64,000 nucleotides of DNA from the human T2T-CHM13v2.0 reference genome, Homo sapiens: NCBI RefSeq assembly GCF_009914755.1, contig NC_060942.1. One strand, 5' to 3'. Shown piece after piece: positions 49,567-63,720 of the stretch; within the stretch, counting starts at the first letter, position 1, and every line of letters starts with the position of its first letter. The position numbers were made by a program, and so were the translations under genes. The notes beneath the pieces were generated by a model. It worked only from the letters and a program-made list of their open reading frames with translations. It searched no databases and was not told where the DNA came from.

Positions 49567-50490
49567 TTTCCATGTTATATGAGTGCAGTTCTTTGCATCT
49601 CAAAACAATTACAGTAGTAACATCAAAGATCACTGATCTCAGATCACCATGATCTATAAAATAATAATGAAAAGTTTGAATTATAGTGAGAATTATCAAA
49701 ATGGACACAGAGACACAAAGTGAGCACATGATGTTGGGAAAATGGCACTGACAAACTTGCTAGACACAGGGTTGCCGCGAACCTTCGATTTGTAAAAAAC
49801 AGTATCAGTGAAGCACAATAAAGCAAAGTGCAATATAATGTTGTACGTCTATACACATTTTTGGACTATAAAACAAATAAAATTACATGATGCTCTAGTT
49901 CTTATTCCCAGTTAACTTGAGACTTGCATTCAGTTCAGGAGAAAAGTAACTCAAAGGTTGACTTTGAGTTTGCATTTACAAATGCAATGAATTTGCATTG
50001 CATTGAATAAATTTGCATTATTTGCATGTGCATATAAAAACTCATAATGTATTTTATATCTTATTTTTCCCCTGAATTCTACTAATTGAAGGGCCTAGAA
50101 ACACTGAGCAAAACAATGTTAATACCTCTAATGTCCAGATTCTGATCCTAAAAAACCATTTTTCAATTAGATAAATAAATAAATAAATAAAATAGGGATC
50201 CTTGGAGAAGGAACTGATTTCCAATCAGGGCCAGGAATGTATAAGATGAGTTTAGAACATCCAATAGTGAGAAAGTTGTTAAAGGCTATTAGAATTATGT
50301 CAATCAGACATGTAACCAACTTGAAGAAACTCCCACTAGCCAAAGTTAAAGCAATTTAACTGTCAATAAGAATAACTGAAGAACATCAATATGTTTAAAT
50401 ACATGAATTCATAATAATATTAAAATACATTCATTACTCACTGCTGGAGGATATAGTAAGCCAACTGAATATTTTGAAAATAGTAATTGG

Positions 50491-50787
<297 letters not shown>

Positions 50788-51061
50788 TTAAAAACTTGAG
50801 CTTTTTTCTTGCTTTTCCAACATGTACTGTACCCCTGGACAACCAAATAGTAGATGAAAAGTTTTGCTTCTGGGTTTGTTTTCATTTTTTAACAGAAGTA
50901 TTCCAGCCAATAAATGAAGTAGAAATAATAGAATATAGCTCTTACCGTTTCGCAACAACATATGGAACCACGCTTTGAGAATCAAAGGCTACTAACACCA
51001 CTTAAAGAGAGGCAACTAGAGATTAGGTGTTTCCTGCTCAAAGAATAAACCACCACCACCT

Positions 51062-52174
51062 TGTAAATTTGTTTGAGTTTTTTGTAGATTCTGGATATTA
51101 GCCTTTTGTCAGATAAGTAGATTGCAAAAATGTTCTCCCATTCTGTAGGTTGCCTGTTCACTCTGATGGTAGTTTCTTTTGCTGTGCCGAAGCTCTTTAG
51201 TTTAATTAGATCCCATTTGTCAATTTTGGCTTTTGTTGCCATTGCTTCTGGTGTTTTAGACATGAAGTCCTTGCCCATGCCTATGTCCTGAATGGTATTG
51301 CCTAGGTTTTCTTCTAGGGTTTTTATGGTTTTAGGTCTATCATTAGAACAGATACTTCTCAAAAGAAGACATTTATGCAGCCAACAGACACATGAAAAAA
51401 TGCTCATCATCACTGGCCATCAGAGAAATGCAAATCAAAACCACAGTGAGATATTATCTCACACCAGATAGAATGGGGATCACTAAAAAGTCAGGAAACA
51501 ACAGGTGCTGGAGAGGATGTGGAGAAATAGGAATGCTTTTACACTGTTGGTGGGACTGTAAACTAGTTCAACCATTGTGGAAGACAGTGTGGTGATTCCT
51601 CAGGGATCTAGAACTAGAAATACCATTTGACCCAGCCATCCCATTACTGGGCATATACCCAAAGGATTATAAATCATGCTGCTATAAAGACACATGCACA
51701 CATATGTTTACTGCAGCACTACTCACAATAGCAAAGACTTGGAACCAACCCAAATGTCCATCAATGATAGACTGGATTAAGAAAATATGGCACATATACA
51801 CCATGGATAACTATGCAGCCATAAAAAATGATGAGCTCATGTCCTTTGTAGGACATGGATGAAGCTGGAAACCATCATTCTCAGCAAACTATCACGAGGA
51901 CAAAAAAAAGAAACACTGCATGTTCTCACTCATAGGTGGGAATTGAACAATGAGAACAATTGGACATGAGAAGGGGAACATCACACACCGGGGCCTGTTG
52001 TGGGGTGAGGGGATGGGGGAGGGATAGCATTAGGAGATATACCTAATGTAAATGATGAGTTAATGGGTGCAGCCCACCAACATGGCACATGTATACATAT
52101 GTAACAAACCTGCACATTGTGCACATGTACCCTAAAGCTTAAAGTATAATTAAAAAAATATATATATATAAATA
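51062..52174 (+). mobile_element. 5'-inverted (twin-primed) L1PA4/5-like insertion
   Basis: Antisense L1 piece 51062-51339 joined to the sense 3' end 51346-52160; TSD aataaaccaccaccacct at 51044-51061 and 52175-52192. Confidence 0.95.
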
Positions 52175-52957
52175 AATAAACCACCACCACCTGTGAAATG
52201 GTCGTTAGAAAAAAACAAGCAAAAACTAGCCTGAATCTGATCAGTCTTACCACCTTCTAACTACCAGTTTAACAAGAAATACAGTTTAGAGAGACATATT
52301 GCCTAACACTATGGAGATGCAAACAGCAAATTTCAAATGGTGAGAAATTTTTCAAACAAATAAGTTGCAAGAGAAAAAAGAGAAATGAATGAGAAAACTA
52401 TTAGTGAAAACAGGATTAAGACATGATAATCAATTGAAATATGAGAACCTTATTAAAATCTTGATTCAAACTATTAAAAATATAAGACAATTGAAATTTT
52501 GAACACTATACATTTTGATGACATTAAGGAATCATTACTATTTTTATTTGTAACAATGGTGAATGCTAGATATTTTTAAAAGATTCCTGACCTTTTAGAA
52601 ATACCTGACAAAATATATAAAATTTCCTCAAAACAGTATGTAAGGCACAAGTGGATGGAGGTGTATATAAAATGAGATTGGCCATGTGTTGATAATTATT
52701 AAAACTGACTTATAGGTATATGTGGGTTCATTATATTTTTCTATGTACTTTTGTATATGTTCAAAATTTTCCAAAATAAAAAATAAATATATTATTTGGG
52801 ACATCAGCTTAAACTACACAAAACAATTGGTGAAATCATCTAAACATCAGCTTGAACTTCAAATTTTACTCTCACTAGAAAGAATCACAGCTATAAGATG
52901 TGCAAGTGCTCAGTACAGTGCTGACTGGTATGAATCTGCTTGATGCAGAATAAATAA

Positions 52958-53331
<374 letters not shown>

Positions 53332-53379
53332 TAGCTACTCTTACATTAGGATGTCATTAGTACTCTAATTAGAAGGTAG

Positions 53380-53830
53380 ACCAGGCAGTGTCGAGGCAGG
53401 AAACAGTTAAGATACCCCAAATCATTTAACTAAGGAGATTTCAATGAAAAGACTACTTGCAGAAGAGTGGGCAGAGTGATGGGACCAATAAGGGTTAGGA
53501 AACATTCAGGAGGTGGGACAGTGGGAAGCTGAATCCGGTAAGAGCTGTCGCCCTGCAAGAGATCTGCCCTACAGGAGCTGTGGCTATGAAATAGGTAACC
53601 ACTGCCAGAACCACAGTGAGACAACAGTGGAAAAAAGACATAAATACCAAGCTTGTCTCTCCCACCGCCCTCCGATCTCCTGCAGTTTTTTCCATTGACA
53701 AAGACAACTAGAAGCCAAAGGGCAAAGCAGCCAGTGTGATACAGTCCATAGAGGTCGTTCTCTCAAGGCAGGACACAGAAAGATAGACAATGGACCCAGA
53801 GGGGACAAGCTGACAATAACCAGAACAAAA
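53380..53830 (-). mobile_element. Old ERVL-type LTR (LTR33/LTR41-like)
   Basis: gcaggaaacag...ccgatctcctgcag...gaagccaaagggcaaagcagcc...cagtccatagaggtc; family and strand from memory. Confidence 0.6.
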
Positions 53831-53968
53831 TGCATTGTTCATCAGCACCAAGTCTGCACTGTACATTTCAAATCATTTGTTTGTATTACATGTGTGCACA
53901 CATTAACTGTATGTTTCATGTATTTTGTATATATTAACTTTATGCATATAGAAACACATGTCAACTCC

Positions 53969-53971
<3 letters not shown>

Positions 53972-54001
<30 letters not shown>
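53972..54001 (+). repeat. (GT)n microsatellite
   Basis: About 15 gt units. Confidence 0.95.
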
Positions 54002-54003
<2 letters not shown>

Positions 54004-54270
54004 TGAAAGATAGATCCAGAGTATGGATTCAGTTCACCTTTACCTCTAATCTTCCATTTTATGATGTTAAAAATGATTCACAGCAAAAGGAAATACAAAT
54101 GTCTGATAAACTATAAAACTATGTTCAACATTGCCAGAAATCTGTGAAATTGCAAATTAAAATAAAAAGACACTTTCTTGTTCATCGAATTGGCAAGTAT
54201 TTAAACATTTTATAATATCAATTGGTATTGGTAAAGGTGTGGGGTAATGGGAACTCACATACAGTGCTAA

Positions 54271-54823
54271 TGATGCAGGAAAGTCTCAAAATTGGGGCTC
54301 AGCCAGACAGGGTTCTTGGCTTCAGGCATGAAGAAATTCAAGAGTGAGCCAACAGAGTGAAGCAAAAGCAAAGCAAGTTTATTAGAGCAACAGAGTACAG
54401 GAAAACGGCTGCCCCAAGAGCAGGGCTATCTCATAGGCAGAGTAGCACTCATGGATTGCTGGCTAGCTATATTTATAACAACTCCTTAACAATATGCTAA
54501 ATAAGGAGTGGGTTATTCGCAAATTTTCTAGAAAAGGGATGAGGAGTTCCTGGAACTGAGGGTTCCTCCCCTTTTAGACCATATAAGGTAACTTCTGGGT
54601 ATTGTCATGGGATTTGTAAACTGTCGTGTCACTGGTGGGAGTGTCTTTTAGCATGCTAATGTATAATAATTAGCATGTAATGAGCAGTGAGGGCAACCAG
54701 AGCTTGCTTTCATCACCATCTTGGTTTTAGCTGGCTTTGCTTGGTTTCTTTAATGCATCCTATTTTGATTGGTGGAGTTGTGACCAATACTCAGAAAACA
54801 AGTCCTGCTGATTGCCTCCCTCA
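54271..54823 (-). mobile_element. ERV1 solo LTR (MER61/LTR9-like)
   Basis: tgatgcagg...ccctca ends; gggttcttggc...aagaaattcaag and gcatgctaat...aatgagcagtgagg...ccatcttggtttt motifs. Confidence 0.8.
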
Positions 54824-54881
54824 CCTGGAAGGGTCCAAATCTGCTCAGGTAATTGTTCAGTTTGGTAGTATCTATTATAGA

Positions 54882-55120
54882 GACAGCATAGCAACATGGT
54901 GAAGCATGCAGACATACATTGGGTTCAAATCCTTGTTCTACTACTTAATCTCCATGTAATCTTCAGCAGATTCCTTAATCTGTCTTGCCTCGGTTTCCAT
55001 ATTTTTATTAAAAATACTTAACCTCCCTATGTCAGACAGTTTCCCTGTCTGTAAAATGGAGAAATAACAGCCTACCTCACATTCATAAGACAGCTAAGTA
55101 CATACGTAAGTGCTACATAA
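54882..55120 (+). mobile_element. MIR
   Basis: tgggttcaaatcc...cttaatctgtcttgcctcggtttcc; cagtttccctgtctgtaaaatggag. Confidence 0.75.
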
Positions 55121-56392
55121 ACACAAAAAATGCAAATACAAGGAGAGTTTACAATTACAATTTTACTACTATGTTTGTACAAAGAAGCTAACACAAGGAT
55201 ATTTATTTTGCTACTATTTTACTGATTCTTATAGCATATGAATGAAAACAAACTTTCATGTTCATTGCTAGCTATGGAAAAATTCTTGACACAGTGTTGA
55301 GTGAACAAAATGTCAATGAAAAATATGTTTTCCATGGAACTCTATTTGTATATACTAACAACTATAATATATTTATAGGGTGTATCTATATAAAAGTTTA
55401 GAAAAATTCTGGGGTAATATATCTAACTTGACAATGGTTATTTCTGTAAAGTGACTGGGATTGGAGGTGGGGAAAGATTTAGATTTCAATTCATCTATTG
55501 TATTTGAATTCTTATCACGAAAATGTATTCAAAAGGCACTTGTGTGATTAAAAATTAATACAGTTTTGAAAAATAGTTCAGGTACATCTCACTCCAAAAC
55601 TAATGCATGCCATCATTACACATCAGAAAAACATTTTTACTAACCAGGAAAGCTTTTTCTCTATGGTTGTTTCTTCATTCAATCCATAAAAATTGAAGCC
55701 ATGTTTAAAATTGTTTTCACATGCTGGATTGCTGAAGTTTTGATGTTAATCATTTATTTCCTGCTAAATGTGAGTCATATCAAGATGTATGAATAGTAGC
55801 AATGATTTGTATCACTTCCATTAGTCCATATTACTTCCACCTTTAGTTTAAAACATTATTTTTTCTTGAAAAAATAAAAAAATTACAATAATACTAGTAT
55901 ACACTTATAGTTTATAGTTACCCAACATTTTCACATAAATAATAGGAATATTAGAAAAGTGACAATAATTTTTCCCTAAAGAGTTATAAATAAGATTTAA
56001 AATGTGAGCTATGGAATTAAAAATTAGACATGGAGACTGAATAATTTTGATTAATTCAAAGTTCAGAGTGAGTGAGATGAAATCTGAAATAAAAAAGATG
56101 GGAAGCAGATAAAGTTTGGCGAGGGAAAAAACCCAATCATAGTCAGAAGTTTGAATTTGCTTTACAAGTTGCTGAGTAATATGATGTTTAAGATACATAC
56201 GCAAGCATTAGAAAGTAAACAGGGACAGTTATTCTTTATTTTAATAAAAATATTTTATGTCACTAAAAGCAGAAAATGACTCAATTGTGTGTTTATCATC
56301 TTTTTCCCTTTGGGATTTTTAATTCAAGGAAAGCATACTTTTTGTAAACAACTATAAGCTACTTTCTAAGGTTCATCTGGGAGCAACTACCC

Positions 56393-56752
56393 TGATATGG
56401 TTTGACTGTGTCCCCACCCAAATCTCAACTTGAATTGTAGCTCCCATAATCACCGCATTTCATGGGAGGGACCCAGTGGTAGGTAATTCAGTCATGAGGG
56501 CGGGTTTTTCCCATGCTATTCTCGTGATAGTGAATGTCTCATGAGATCTGATGGTTTTATAAAGGGTGGGTCCCCTGCACAAGCTCTCTTGTCTGCTGCC
56601 ATGTAAGACATGACTTTGCTCCTCCTTTGCCTTCTGCCATGATTGTGAGACCTCCCAGCCATGTGGAACTGTGAGTCCATTAAACCTCTTTTCTTTTACA
56701 AATTACCCAGTCTCAAGTATTTCTTATAGCAGTGTGAGAATGGACTAATACA
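56393..56752 (+). mobile_element. THE1C/D solo LTR
   Basis: tgatatggtttgactgtgtccccacccaaatctc...ggactaataca; perfect 5-bp TSD taccc. Confidence 0.95.
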
Positions 56753-58152
56753 TACCCAAAATAGGGTCTTAAGGTTTGCAAGGAAATTGCCTCATACACA
56801 ATCAAGGAGGCCAAATGATAAACCCATAAATCAGCTGCCACCAAAATTTCAGTCAGTTCAATTACTATCTTGGATGTTGACATTTTCCTTGACTATTATT
56901 AACATAACCATTTGAAAACTATATACTATATTATTTATTATTTGTTATCTGACATCAATTTTACCTTATTCTTAATAATACAGTAACACCTTTGTATTAC
57001 AGAATTAATGATGTAGAGGAAAAATTTAAACTCTATATTTTAAATATTTTATTTTTTTATTCATTATAGTCATTTTACATTTGTCAACATCAATACCATA
57101 AAAATTAGAGTTCTCCTTTGGGTTGTACTCCACCCTCAGATAATCTTTCCCTGTTTTAAAAAGTACTAATTTGAGGACTAAAAAATTCAAATTGACTTTA
57201 CTTTTAAAATATGGTGGCATTATTTAATATTTTCAAAATGTAATTAATGAATTTTAGCAATTCATAATCACCATATTGCGCAACAACTGGTTATATTAGG
57301 GGTGAAATATATTAAAAATAGATATTATCTATTTTTACATGTGTTTAATCTGTTGAAAGACATGGAACAAATTCCAAAGAGCTGATTTAAGCAGATTTCA
57401 AAATAATTGATTTCACTTTGCTTTAAAACTTAAAAACCCGGTAAGTAGATTATGCGGTACTTTACTGGATAGATGCCAATGAGTATCATTTTAGACTAAT
57501 TGATCATCTTGTCATCTTTCTTTCTTCTACTCTCACCACTGGGATATAGCATTTTTTCATTGCTGCTGCAACCTCAGGGGCCCCACATTCTCAAATTCCT
57601 CATATGTCAGGCAATATTAGTAAAGAGAAATTTTTAAGGAGGGAAAGGCAGCCTTCCCTTGGAACCTAATTATAACTTCCAAATATTTCTGGGAGGGTTC
57701 TTTTTTTCTGAATTCACTCTCATTTTCAGTGTCTCTTGCCAACCATTCTTCCTCCCTGTGTAAGCCCCAGATACCGTTTAATATCATTGAATATTAGCAG
57801 CAGATGGTATTAAAAGCACAGACAAATTATTGAGAATAGCCAGACTGTTTGATTTTGTTTTTTAAAATTTGATTTAGATTTATTTCATTTTCAAATATGC
57901 AACATTAAAAAGATACCAAAAGAAGTTAAAAATCTGCTTTGCCTCACTGCCTACAGGCATTTACAATTAACATTTTGTCCAGATCTTTCCAGAGAGTTTC
58001 CTGTATATATGGCTATCTACATATTTACTTTTTCTAATAAACACAGAAGTCTTTTTTGTATAAACTACTTAATAACAATATATTGCAATTTTCTTTGCAT
58101 ATAACTATTGATTTACAAAAATTATTTTAATAGCCTTATACCATTAGATTAT

Positions 58153-60456
58153 TGTATTACTCCATTCTTACACTGCTGTGAAGAAATGCCTGAGACCGGG
58201 TAATATATAAAGAACAGAGATTTAATTGACTCACAGTTCCACCTGGCTGGGGAGGCCTCAGGAAATTTACAGTCATGGCAGAAGGTAAAGGAGAAGCAGG
58301 CACCTTCTTCATAGGGTGGCAAGACAGAGTAGTGCAAACAAGAGAAATGCCAGATGCTTATAAACCCATCAGATATCATGAGATTCACTCACTTTAAGGA
58401 GAATAGCATGTGAGAAACCACCCCCATGATTCCATTATCTCCACCTGTTCTGCCTTCAACGCGTGGGTGTTATGGGAGCTACAATTCAAGATGAGATTTG
58501 GGTGTGGACATAAAGCCCAACCATATCATTCTGCCCCAGCCCTTCCCAAATCTCATGTTCTCATATTTCAAAATACAATCATGCATTCCTGACAGTCCCC
58601 CAAAGTCTTAACTCATTTCAGCATTAACTCAAAAGTCCACAGTCCAAACTCTTACCTGAGACAAAAGCAAGTCCCTTCTGCCCATGAGTCTGTAAAATCA
58701 AAAGCAAGTTAGTTACTTCTAGATATAATGGGGGTACAGGCAGTGTGTAGATACATCCTTTCCAAATGGGAAAAATTGGCCAAAACAAAAGGGCTACAGG
58801 CCCCATGCAAGTTCAAAATCCAACAGTGTAGTCATTATACCTTAAAGTTCCAAAACGATCTCCTTTGACTCCATGTCTCACATCCAGGTCATGCTGATGC
58901 AAGGGGTGGGCTCTCACAGCCTTGGGCAGCTCTGCTTCTCTGGCTTTGCAGGGAACAGCCCCACTCCTGGCTGGTTTCATGGGCTAGCATTGAGTGACTG
59001 TGGCTTTTCCAGGTGCATGGTGCAAGCTGTTGATGGAACTACCATTTGGGGTCCAGAAGACCCCAACTCCACAGGCAGTTCCCCACAACTCCATTAGGCA
59101 GCTCACAACTCCATTAGGCAGTTCCCCAGTGAGGACATTGTGTGGGCCTCTGATCCCACATTTTCCTTCTGCACTGCCCTAGTAGAAGTTCTCCATGAGG
59201 GCACTGCCCCTGCAGTTAACTTCTGCCTGGACATCCAGACATTTTCATACAGCCTCTGAAATCTAGGCAGGGATTCACAAACCTCAGTTCTTGCTTTTTG
59301 CATATCTGCAGGACAAACACCACATGGAAGCTGCCAACACTCGGGGCTTGTACCCTCTGAAGCAATGGCCTAAGCTGTACCTTCACTCCTTTTAGCCATG
59401 GCTGGAGTGGCTGGGATGCAAGGCACCAAGTTCTAAGGCTGCACACAGAAGGGGGTCCTGGACCTAGCCCACAAAAGCATTTTTCTCTCCTAGGCCTCTA
59501 GGCTTGTGGTGAGAGGAGCTACTGTGAAGTCCTCTGACATGCCCTGGAGACACTTTCCCCATTGTGTTGACAATGAACATTTGGCTCCTCATTACTTATG
59601 GAAATTTATGCAGTGGGCTTGAATTTATCCCCCTCAAAATTAGTTTTTCTTTTCTACTGCATTGTCAGGCTACAAATTTTCCAAACTTTTGTGCTCTGTC
59701 ACCTCTTGAACACTTTGCTGCTTAGAAATTTCTTCCACCAGATACTTTAAATTATCTCTCTCAAGTTCAAAGTTCCACAGATTTCTAGGGCAGGGGCAAA
59801 ATGCTACCAGTCTCTTTGTGAGAGCATAGCAGGAATCACCTTATTCCTGTTCCCAATAAGTTCCTCATATCCATCAAAGACCATCTCAGTCTGGACTTCA
59901 TTGTCCATATCACTATCAGAATTGTGGTCAAAGCCATTCAACAATTCTCTAGGAAGTTCCAAACTTTCCCACATCTTTCTGTCTTCTTCTGAGCCCTCCG
60001 CAAAATGTTCCAATTTCTGCCAGTTACCCAGGTCCAAAGTTGCTTCCACATTTTGGGGTATCCTTATAGCAGTGCCCCACTCCTGTTACCAATTTACTGT
60101 ATTAGTTTGTTGTCACACTGCTATGAAGAAATACCTAAGACTGGGAAATTTATATTAAAAAAAGGTTTAATTGACTCCATTCTGCATGGCCAGGGAGGCC
60201 TCAGGAAACTTACCATTATGGCAGAAGGCACCTCTTCACAGGGTGGCAGGAGAGAGAATGAGTGCCAGCAGAGGAAATTCAAGAAGCTTATAAAACCATC
60301 AGATCTCATGAGAACTCACTATCCCGAGAACAGCACGGGGGAAACTGCTCCCATGACCCAATGACTTCCTACCAGGTCCCTCCCAGGACACATGGGGATC
60401 ACGGGATTACAATTTAAGATGAGATTTGGGTGGGGACACAAAGCCAAACCATGTCA
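58153..60456 (-). mobile_element. THE1D MaLR element: LTR 58153-58528, internal 58529-60097, LTR 60098-60456
   Basis: Two LTRs (tgtatt...ccatatca / tgtatt...ccatgtca) flank a THE1-int body; 5-bp flanks attat/attgt. Confidence 0.93.
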
Positions 60457-61229
60457 ATTGTATAATATGTAACATGTTATATAATACATAATATGCAGTT
60501 TGTAATCTATAAATATAAAATTTTGATGAAAGTAAATAAATTTTAAAACCTATAAGTAAAACTTTAATTTAAATAAATGTTTCCCAACTTCAATATTAAC
60601 TATTAGAGGACTGTTTAAATTTTACTTGGTTTCTCAGTTACCCAGATCTGCAAATCAGCTCTTCAGATAATTATGTAATCTCTGGGAATAGTTACCTTCT
60701 CTTTCTGCTTCATCTGTTGTTGGGGAACATTACTTGCTTTGGATTCTGTACCTGCCCATTTATCCTCATTATTAAGAATATTTAGTGTTTTCCCCTTTGT
60801 TCCTTCATTTAGCAAATATTTATTGATCCCCTAAAGTACTATAACATTGCCATTACATTTGTTTTTGAAAATTGATGAGGCTTTTTAATTTGCAAATTAC
60901 ACTGGAGAATCTTCTGTTTCCCCCCTCCTGTTGGCATTATATTTTACCTACTTTCTCCAGTTATCCTAGGAATACCCTAGTAAGCAAAGAAGCATATAAA
61001 TGATGATGGTTTAGAGAGAGGGTTAAAAAGGAACAGTGATAATGACAAACAGGCTAAACACGGTGAAAATAAAAATCAAGTAACTGGAAAAGATAAACTA
61101 ATTAAAAGGAGGTAAAGCAATACCCATTTACATGAATAGTCATTTTTTCACCCAACAATCTTCTTTGACTATCTGATATGTGCTGCACTGTGTGATGCAT
61201 CAAAAAGAGAAACATCAAAAAAGAGATTT

Positions 61230-63720
61230 AAATTATCAAAAAGAGTCAAGTGTAAATTATAGAGTTGAAAAGTCCAATAACTGAAATAACAAATTCACTA
61301 GTGGGACCCAACAGTAGATTTAACTGGGCAGAAGAATTAATGAAGTTGAACCAACAATACCTAAAGGCAATATAGAACACTCCACTCATAGCAACAGAAT
61401 ATACATTCTTCTCAAGAGCACATAAAATATTCTCCAGGATAGACCACATGCTAGGTCATAAAAGAAACCTCAATACATTTCAAAGGACAAACACAATACA
61501 AAGTATTTTCTCTAAATACAATGGAATAAATTTATAAATCAAAAGCATAAAAATTGAGAACTCACAAATATGTATAAATTAAACAACACACACCTACATA
61601 ATCAATGCATCAAAGGAGAAATGAAAAAGCAAAATCAGAAAATCCTTTGAAATGAATGAAAACCAAGATACAACATACAAAAATTTATGGAATGCACTAA
61701 CACAGTGTTTAGAGGAAAATTTATAGCTGCAAATGCCTATGTTGTATTAAGGAAGAAGATCTCAAAAAATAAAAAGTCATCCAGATTGGAAAGAAAAAAG
61801 TAAAACTATTCTATTTGCCTATGACATGTGCCACATAAAGAAAATCCTAAAAAATCCACTGAAAAAGTATTAGAACAAATTAGCAAGCCCACCAAGTTAG
61901 CATGGTGTAAGATCAGCGTATGAATATTAATTGTATTTCTAGACCCTTGCAAAGAACAATCTGAAAATGAAATTTGAAAGACAATCCCACTTCCAACAGC
62001 ATCAAAAAGCATAAAATATTTAGGAATAAATTTAACAAAGGAAATGTAAAATGAATACTCAAAAAAACTACAGAACATTGTTGAAAGAAATTAAGGAACA
62101 TCAGAATAATTGGGAAAATGTCCTGTATTCATGGATCAGAAGACTATTTTAAGATGGTAATACTCCCTAAACTGATCTACAGATTCAGTGTAATCACCAT
62201 CAGAATACCAGATGACTTCTTTGTAGAAATTGACAAACTGATTCTAAAACTCATATGGAATTGCAAAGGACTGAGAATAGCTGACAGAATTTTGAAAAAA
62301 AAAAAGTAGAAAGATTCACAATTTTTTAAATTTCAAAACTTACTAGAAAGCCACAGTAATCAAGACTGTTGTAGCTGCATGAGGCTAGACATATAGTTCA
62401 ATGGAATAAAATTGAAAGTCCAGAAATAAACCCAAACATCTATGGTCAACTGATTTTTGGCAAGATGCTAAGACCATCCAATGGTTTCTTTTCAACAATT
62501 GGTGCTGGGATAACTGGATCGCCACATACAAATGAATTAATTGGCACCCTTACCTCAAACCATATACAAAAATTAACTCAAAATGGATCAAAGAATGACA
62601 TAAGAACTAAACTGTAAAATTCTTAGAAGAAACCATAGCAGTAAATCTTGATGACCATGTATTCAGCAAAGGATTTCTGGATATAACACAAAAACCAAAA
62701 GCAACAAAAGAAAAAAATAACTTGGACTTTATCAAAATTAAAAATTTTGTGCTTCAAAGGACACAATTTAAAAAGTACAAAGACAGCCCACAAAATGGGA
62801 GAAAATATTTGGAAATCATGTACCTGAAAAGGGACTAGTACCCAAAATTTATCAAGAAATCTTATATCTCAATAATAAAAAGACAACTCAATTTCAAAAT
62901 GGTCAAAAGACATACTAGACATTTCCTCTAAAAAAGATATACAAGTGGCCCATAAGCACATGAAAAGATGGTTCATATCATCAGTCATTAGCAAAATGCA
63001 AATCAAAACCACAGTGAGATATGACTCATACCTACTAGGATGGCTAGACTCCAAAAGTCGCATAACAACAAATGGTGGTGAGGATGTAGAGAAATCAATA
63101 ACTTTTTCACTGCTGGTGGTAATATAAATGGTACAGCCACTTTGGAAAGCAGTCTGGTAGTTCCTCAGATGACTAAACATAGAGTTAACATATAATCCAG
63201 CAACTCCACTCCTAGGTATATACCCTAGAAAAATGAAAACATATGTCCATGCAAAAAACTTGTACACAAATGTTTATAGTAGCATTATTCTTAATAGCCA
63301 AAAGGTTAAAACAATCCAAATGTCCATCAACCAACAAAATGTGATATAGACTTTAAATATAATATTGTTTGGCCATAAAAATGAAAGAAGTATTATACAT
63401 GCTACAACTTGGATGGACCTTGAAAACACTGTGCTATGTTAAAGAAGCCAGTCGCAAAAGACAACATACTATATGATTCCATTCATATAAAGTGTCCAGA
63501 ACAGAGAAATCTACAAAGACAGAAATTAATTTAGTAGTTACTTAAGGCTGGAGAGAGCAGGATAATTAGGTAATTAGAGGGATAATAGTTAAAGGCCAGG
63601 AGGTTTCTTTTTGAGTTTATGAAAATGTTCTAAAATTGACTGTGGGAGTGATCACACATCATTGAATACTTAATGAGTGAATTATAAGGCATTTAAGTTA
63701 GATTTCAATAGAGCCATTTT
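61230..63720 (+). mobile_element. L1MB-like element with large internal deletions
   Basis: ORF1-like piece (gaaaagtccaataactgaaat...), EN piece (gaatatacattcttctc...gatagaccacatg), RT/C-terminal ORF2 (ILPKLIYRF in ORF 62118-62309) and 3'UTR gaaaatgttctaaaattga. Confidence 0.88.

Larger units (their letters stand above)
46621..49851 (-). mobile_element. Near-complete Tigger1 DNA transposon, interrupted by an AluJ and an L1
   Basis: TA|caggtatacctc left TIR and degenerate gtacgtcta|TA right TIR. ORF 48658-48867 contains MSSKSSSERKSCASLTSNQKLEMVKL (Tigger1 transposase N-terminus). Confidence 0.92.
54060..55560 (+). mobile_element. Fragmented L1ME 3' region, interrupted by an LTR and a MIR
   Basis: aaattgcaaattaaaat...ggtaaaggtgtggggtaatgggaactcacatacagtgct; later acaaggatatttatt... 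Confidence 0.6.
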
